Assembly (NCBI RefSeq): GCF_009914755.1
Contig: NC_060932.1
DNA length: 64,000 nt
From: the human T2T-CHM13v2.0 reference genome, Homo sapiens
Reading direction: 5' to 3' (one strand)
The position numbers and the translations under genes are program-made. Under the pieces are notes generated by a model. That model made no database searches. It worked only from the letters and a program-made list of their open reading frames with translations, and was not told where the DNA came from. Below are positions 61,101 through 64,000 of the stretch, piece by piece; the stretch's first letter is position 1, and each line of letters begins with the position of its first letter.

Positions 61101-61750
61101 CAAATTGTAAGCCAGGCAGCCTGCCTCGCATAATGGTAGCAAAGACTTCACCGTTGGTCATCCCTTTGAAACATAAAATTCTAGCCTTCATTGAAGTTTT
61201 GCTGAACAATATTAGACACCTGTGTGAGTGGAAATAACTGGAAATTCTGTTGGCTGCTACTTTTCCATCTAATAAACAGCAGATGAAACGGCCCACGTCT
61301 TGCATCTCAGAAGCACTGCATGGCAGTGGAAAGATAACCTCTTCCCAAGCACTGAGAGGTCCAATGATATTCCTGTAAACCAGCCTGACTGGCACATCCT
61401 GGGCATATAAAGAGTTTCAAGCAGTGCGTGTTGAGTGTTTTGTAGTTTGTCATGAGTGGGTACGTGGGTATTGCCAAGATCTGTGGCTCAGGCTGTCAAG
61501 AGGCGAATGTAAATGTGAGGGAGGAGGCACTAGAGTCTTGGGGGGAAAAGCAGGTCCCTTTTCAACTTGTAAATGTTGCTTTAAGTTCTTAGTCTTCAAA
61601 CTTAAATGTGGTAGGCCATAGAGTTCTTTCTTTGGGTAAAAGGACTAATTGAACACTTTGGTTTATCCAAGTTCTGCCTTACTATTTTTTAACCTTGTGA
61701 CAGCTGAAGGGATCCCTTTAAACCTAAATAAAATTTTCGGGTTTAAAAAC

Positions 61751-61792
61751 AATTTACCTTCTCCAGTCAAATTTACCTTCTCCAGTCAAATT
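61751..61792 (+). repeat. 19-bp tandem duplication
   Basis: AATTTACCTTCTCCAGTCA twice. Confidence 0.9.
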
Positions 61793-62431
61793 GGAGACTC
61801 TTAAACAAGTCCCACTGTGGCTTTCTTTCCCCTCAGAGACAGAGGGAAACAACCGGTTTTCCTTTAAATAAATATCCTGCCCCCCTTATAATGCTTAATC
61901 TAGACTTTGTCTCCCCCTGCCTTTTTTTTTTTTTGTGCAACTCACACTATAGTAAACATATAAAACATCCTTCTAAGGTATTGTGAGATCTTCCTGCCTC
62001 TGGAAGCACAGAGGGAGATGTGCTATTGCTTCCATTTTTATGAATGAGACAGCCAGAGGGAAGCGCTTGGAGGAGCGGGCCACGGCCATGCTGGGAAAGG
62101 CTGGAGGCCTCTGACCCTCAGCTTGTGGTTTATTTCCCTGCCTCAGCCACCGCCTCCATCTTGCAGCTGGCTCCCCTTCCCATGCTTGAGGATGTCAGGC
62201 CATTTGGATTCTTATTGGCTGGTCTTTCAGATTTTAGTTGGGGATCCAGTGAAAGTGACCCACAACAGAGTTTTGAAGCCATCCAGAATCTCAAATAATC
62301 CAAAGTTGCATCTATTTTCTTAAAATTAACTGAATGATGAATGTTGACTTACATGTTCTTTTCATATTTGGGGTGGGGGAGGGGTTGGGAGCAGGAAGAA
62401 GACAGAAGCAGCACTGTTTAAAGCAGAAGTC

Positions 62432-62722
62432 GGCCAGGCACAGTGGCTCATGCCTGTCTTAATCCCAGCGGTTTGAGAGGCTGAGGCAGGAGGATCACTT
62501 GAGGCCAGGAGTTTGAGACCAGCCTGGGCAACATGGCAAAATTTCGTCTCCACTAAAAATACAAAAATAGGCCAGATGTGAGGACACGCTCCTGTAGTTC
62601 CAGATACTTGGGAGGCTGAGGCAGAAGGATCCCTGAGCCCAGGAGTTGGAGGCTGCAGTGAGCTATGATTGCGCCACTGCACTCCAGCCTGGGCAAGACA
62701 GCAAGATGCTGTCTCTAAAAAA
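62432..62722 (+). mobile_element. Alu (AluJ)
   Basis: Dimer. Confidence 0.93.
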
Positions 62723-64000
62723 GTGAATAATCTAGGTCAGCACTGTGTCTGCCTTCCAGTGTCAGCACTCTGTCTAAGGAACATTCTGAGTTCAGTCCCT
62801 AAGGTTTGTGCCCAGTGCCCTAGAGCTGCCCTATAAATGTCTGGGTGGATCTCTACCCTGTATTTCTCCAAGAGAAGAAAACAATCCTAGCCATATCCCC
62901 GGCACTTGTGAGGCGTGTGTCCCTTTGACTTTTCCTGCCTTTCCCTCTCACTGTACCATCCACAAGCAAAGCCTGTTTCCACGGGGCCAAAAGCTGTAAC
63001 AATATTAAGATGTTTTCCTCAACCTTGTCCCCAGAAAGATACTCTGTTTCCAGAAGATTGTTCTCCCTTGGGCATTACATCATGAATTGATTCAGTTCTT
63101 GGAGGAAGAAATTGGACAAAATATAATAGATGACCTCTTGGGGAGACATACTTAGGTTGTTAAGTATTCCCATCAGAAAACTAAGAAACTGCTTATATAT
63201 TACTACTCTGTCCACATTTAAACTTTCACCTTCTTGCAGCTGAGCAGGGTGCTTTTTTCTGTAAGGGTTTTTGTTTTACTGGGGGTCAAAGAGAACATTT
63301 CTCCTTTATTTTTTTAAGGAATACAAGTATTCTTTGTTTTTTGCCATTACCCTCCCTTGGTTTCAGGAGCCGGGGCAGGACACCAGACCCTGGGGCAGGT
63401 TGGGACGCAGCAGCCGCAAAAGGGTGTCCCCTGACCCCCAGATGAGTAGGGAGAAGGGAAAGGGGCTACTGGGGCATCATGGCCATCAGGAAAGGGGCAA
63501 CACTTGTCAAATGTTTGGAAGGGATCACTAAGGTCTTGCAGATAGCATGGCTCCATATGCAGCATCCATGCTGGAGAAGAGGCTCGAGTTCGTCTTTCTT
63601 GGGAACTGGTTCTCAGGGAAAGATGTTAATGACTGATGAAATAACTCCCATCAAATAAACAGTGCAGTAAGAAATGTGGGAGCTGTTTGCTTTTCCAAGT
63701 TGACAAGCTGGAGTGGAGAAGAGACCCAGGAGAACTGGCTGTTTGCGTCTGCTGGCGGCAGATAGTGGTCACTTGGAGGGAAGAGCTGAGAAGCAGGAGG
63801 GACTAAGCAATGAAAGTGACGAACCTTTCATCGCTAAATGCCCATCTAGTGACTGGCAGCTTGCCGGTGTCCAGCGCCTGGCTAACAGATTGAAGGGCCG
63901 GGGGGCGAGTTGGCTGTCTCCTTTGGCAGGATCGTTGAATTGGTAGGGCCGATTTCCTTCGTGGAGGCAGGAGCATTCTCACAATGTCAGCCAGTCTCAG

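Overview
Human (primate) genomic DNA: the KCTD9/CDCA2 locus, recognised from the protein sequences as chr8p21. A CpG-island bidirectional promoter (~2.8-4.85 kb) drives KCTD9 on the minus strand, of which only coding exon 1 (MRRVTLFLNGSPKNGK) lies in the window. It also drives the complete CDCA2 (Repo-Man) gene on the plus strand. I rebuilt CDCA2 by hand: a non-coding exon 1 plus 14 GT-AG coding exons from 5460 to 52907, totalling 3072 nt (1023 aa plus stop). These include the PP1-docking RVTF motif (exon 10) and the PP2A-B56 LSPIPE motif (exon 14). The introns hold about 34 Alu copies or fragments, old L1/L2/MIR elements, Tigger-type DNA transposons and two solo LTRs. Repeat boundaries and subfamilies are called by eye and approximate. 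Nearly all other ORFs in the supplied track are Alu- or GC-derived noise. I see no evidence for a wholly new biological system. The best unexplained signals are: (1) a clean 72-nt frame-preserving candidate cassette exon in CDCA2 intron 7; (2) a ~610-bp retroposed 3'UTR-like insert with a 30-bp target-site duplication; (3) a U12-like exon-14 donor followed by an intronic poly(A) signal; (4) a candidate poison exon in KCTD9 intron 1; (5) a locally duplicated Tigger4 fragment.
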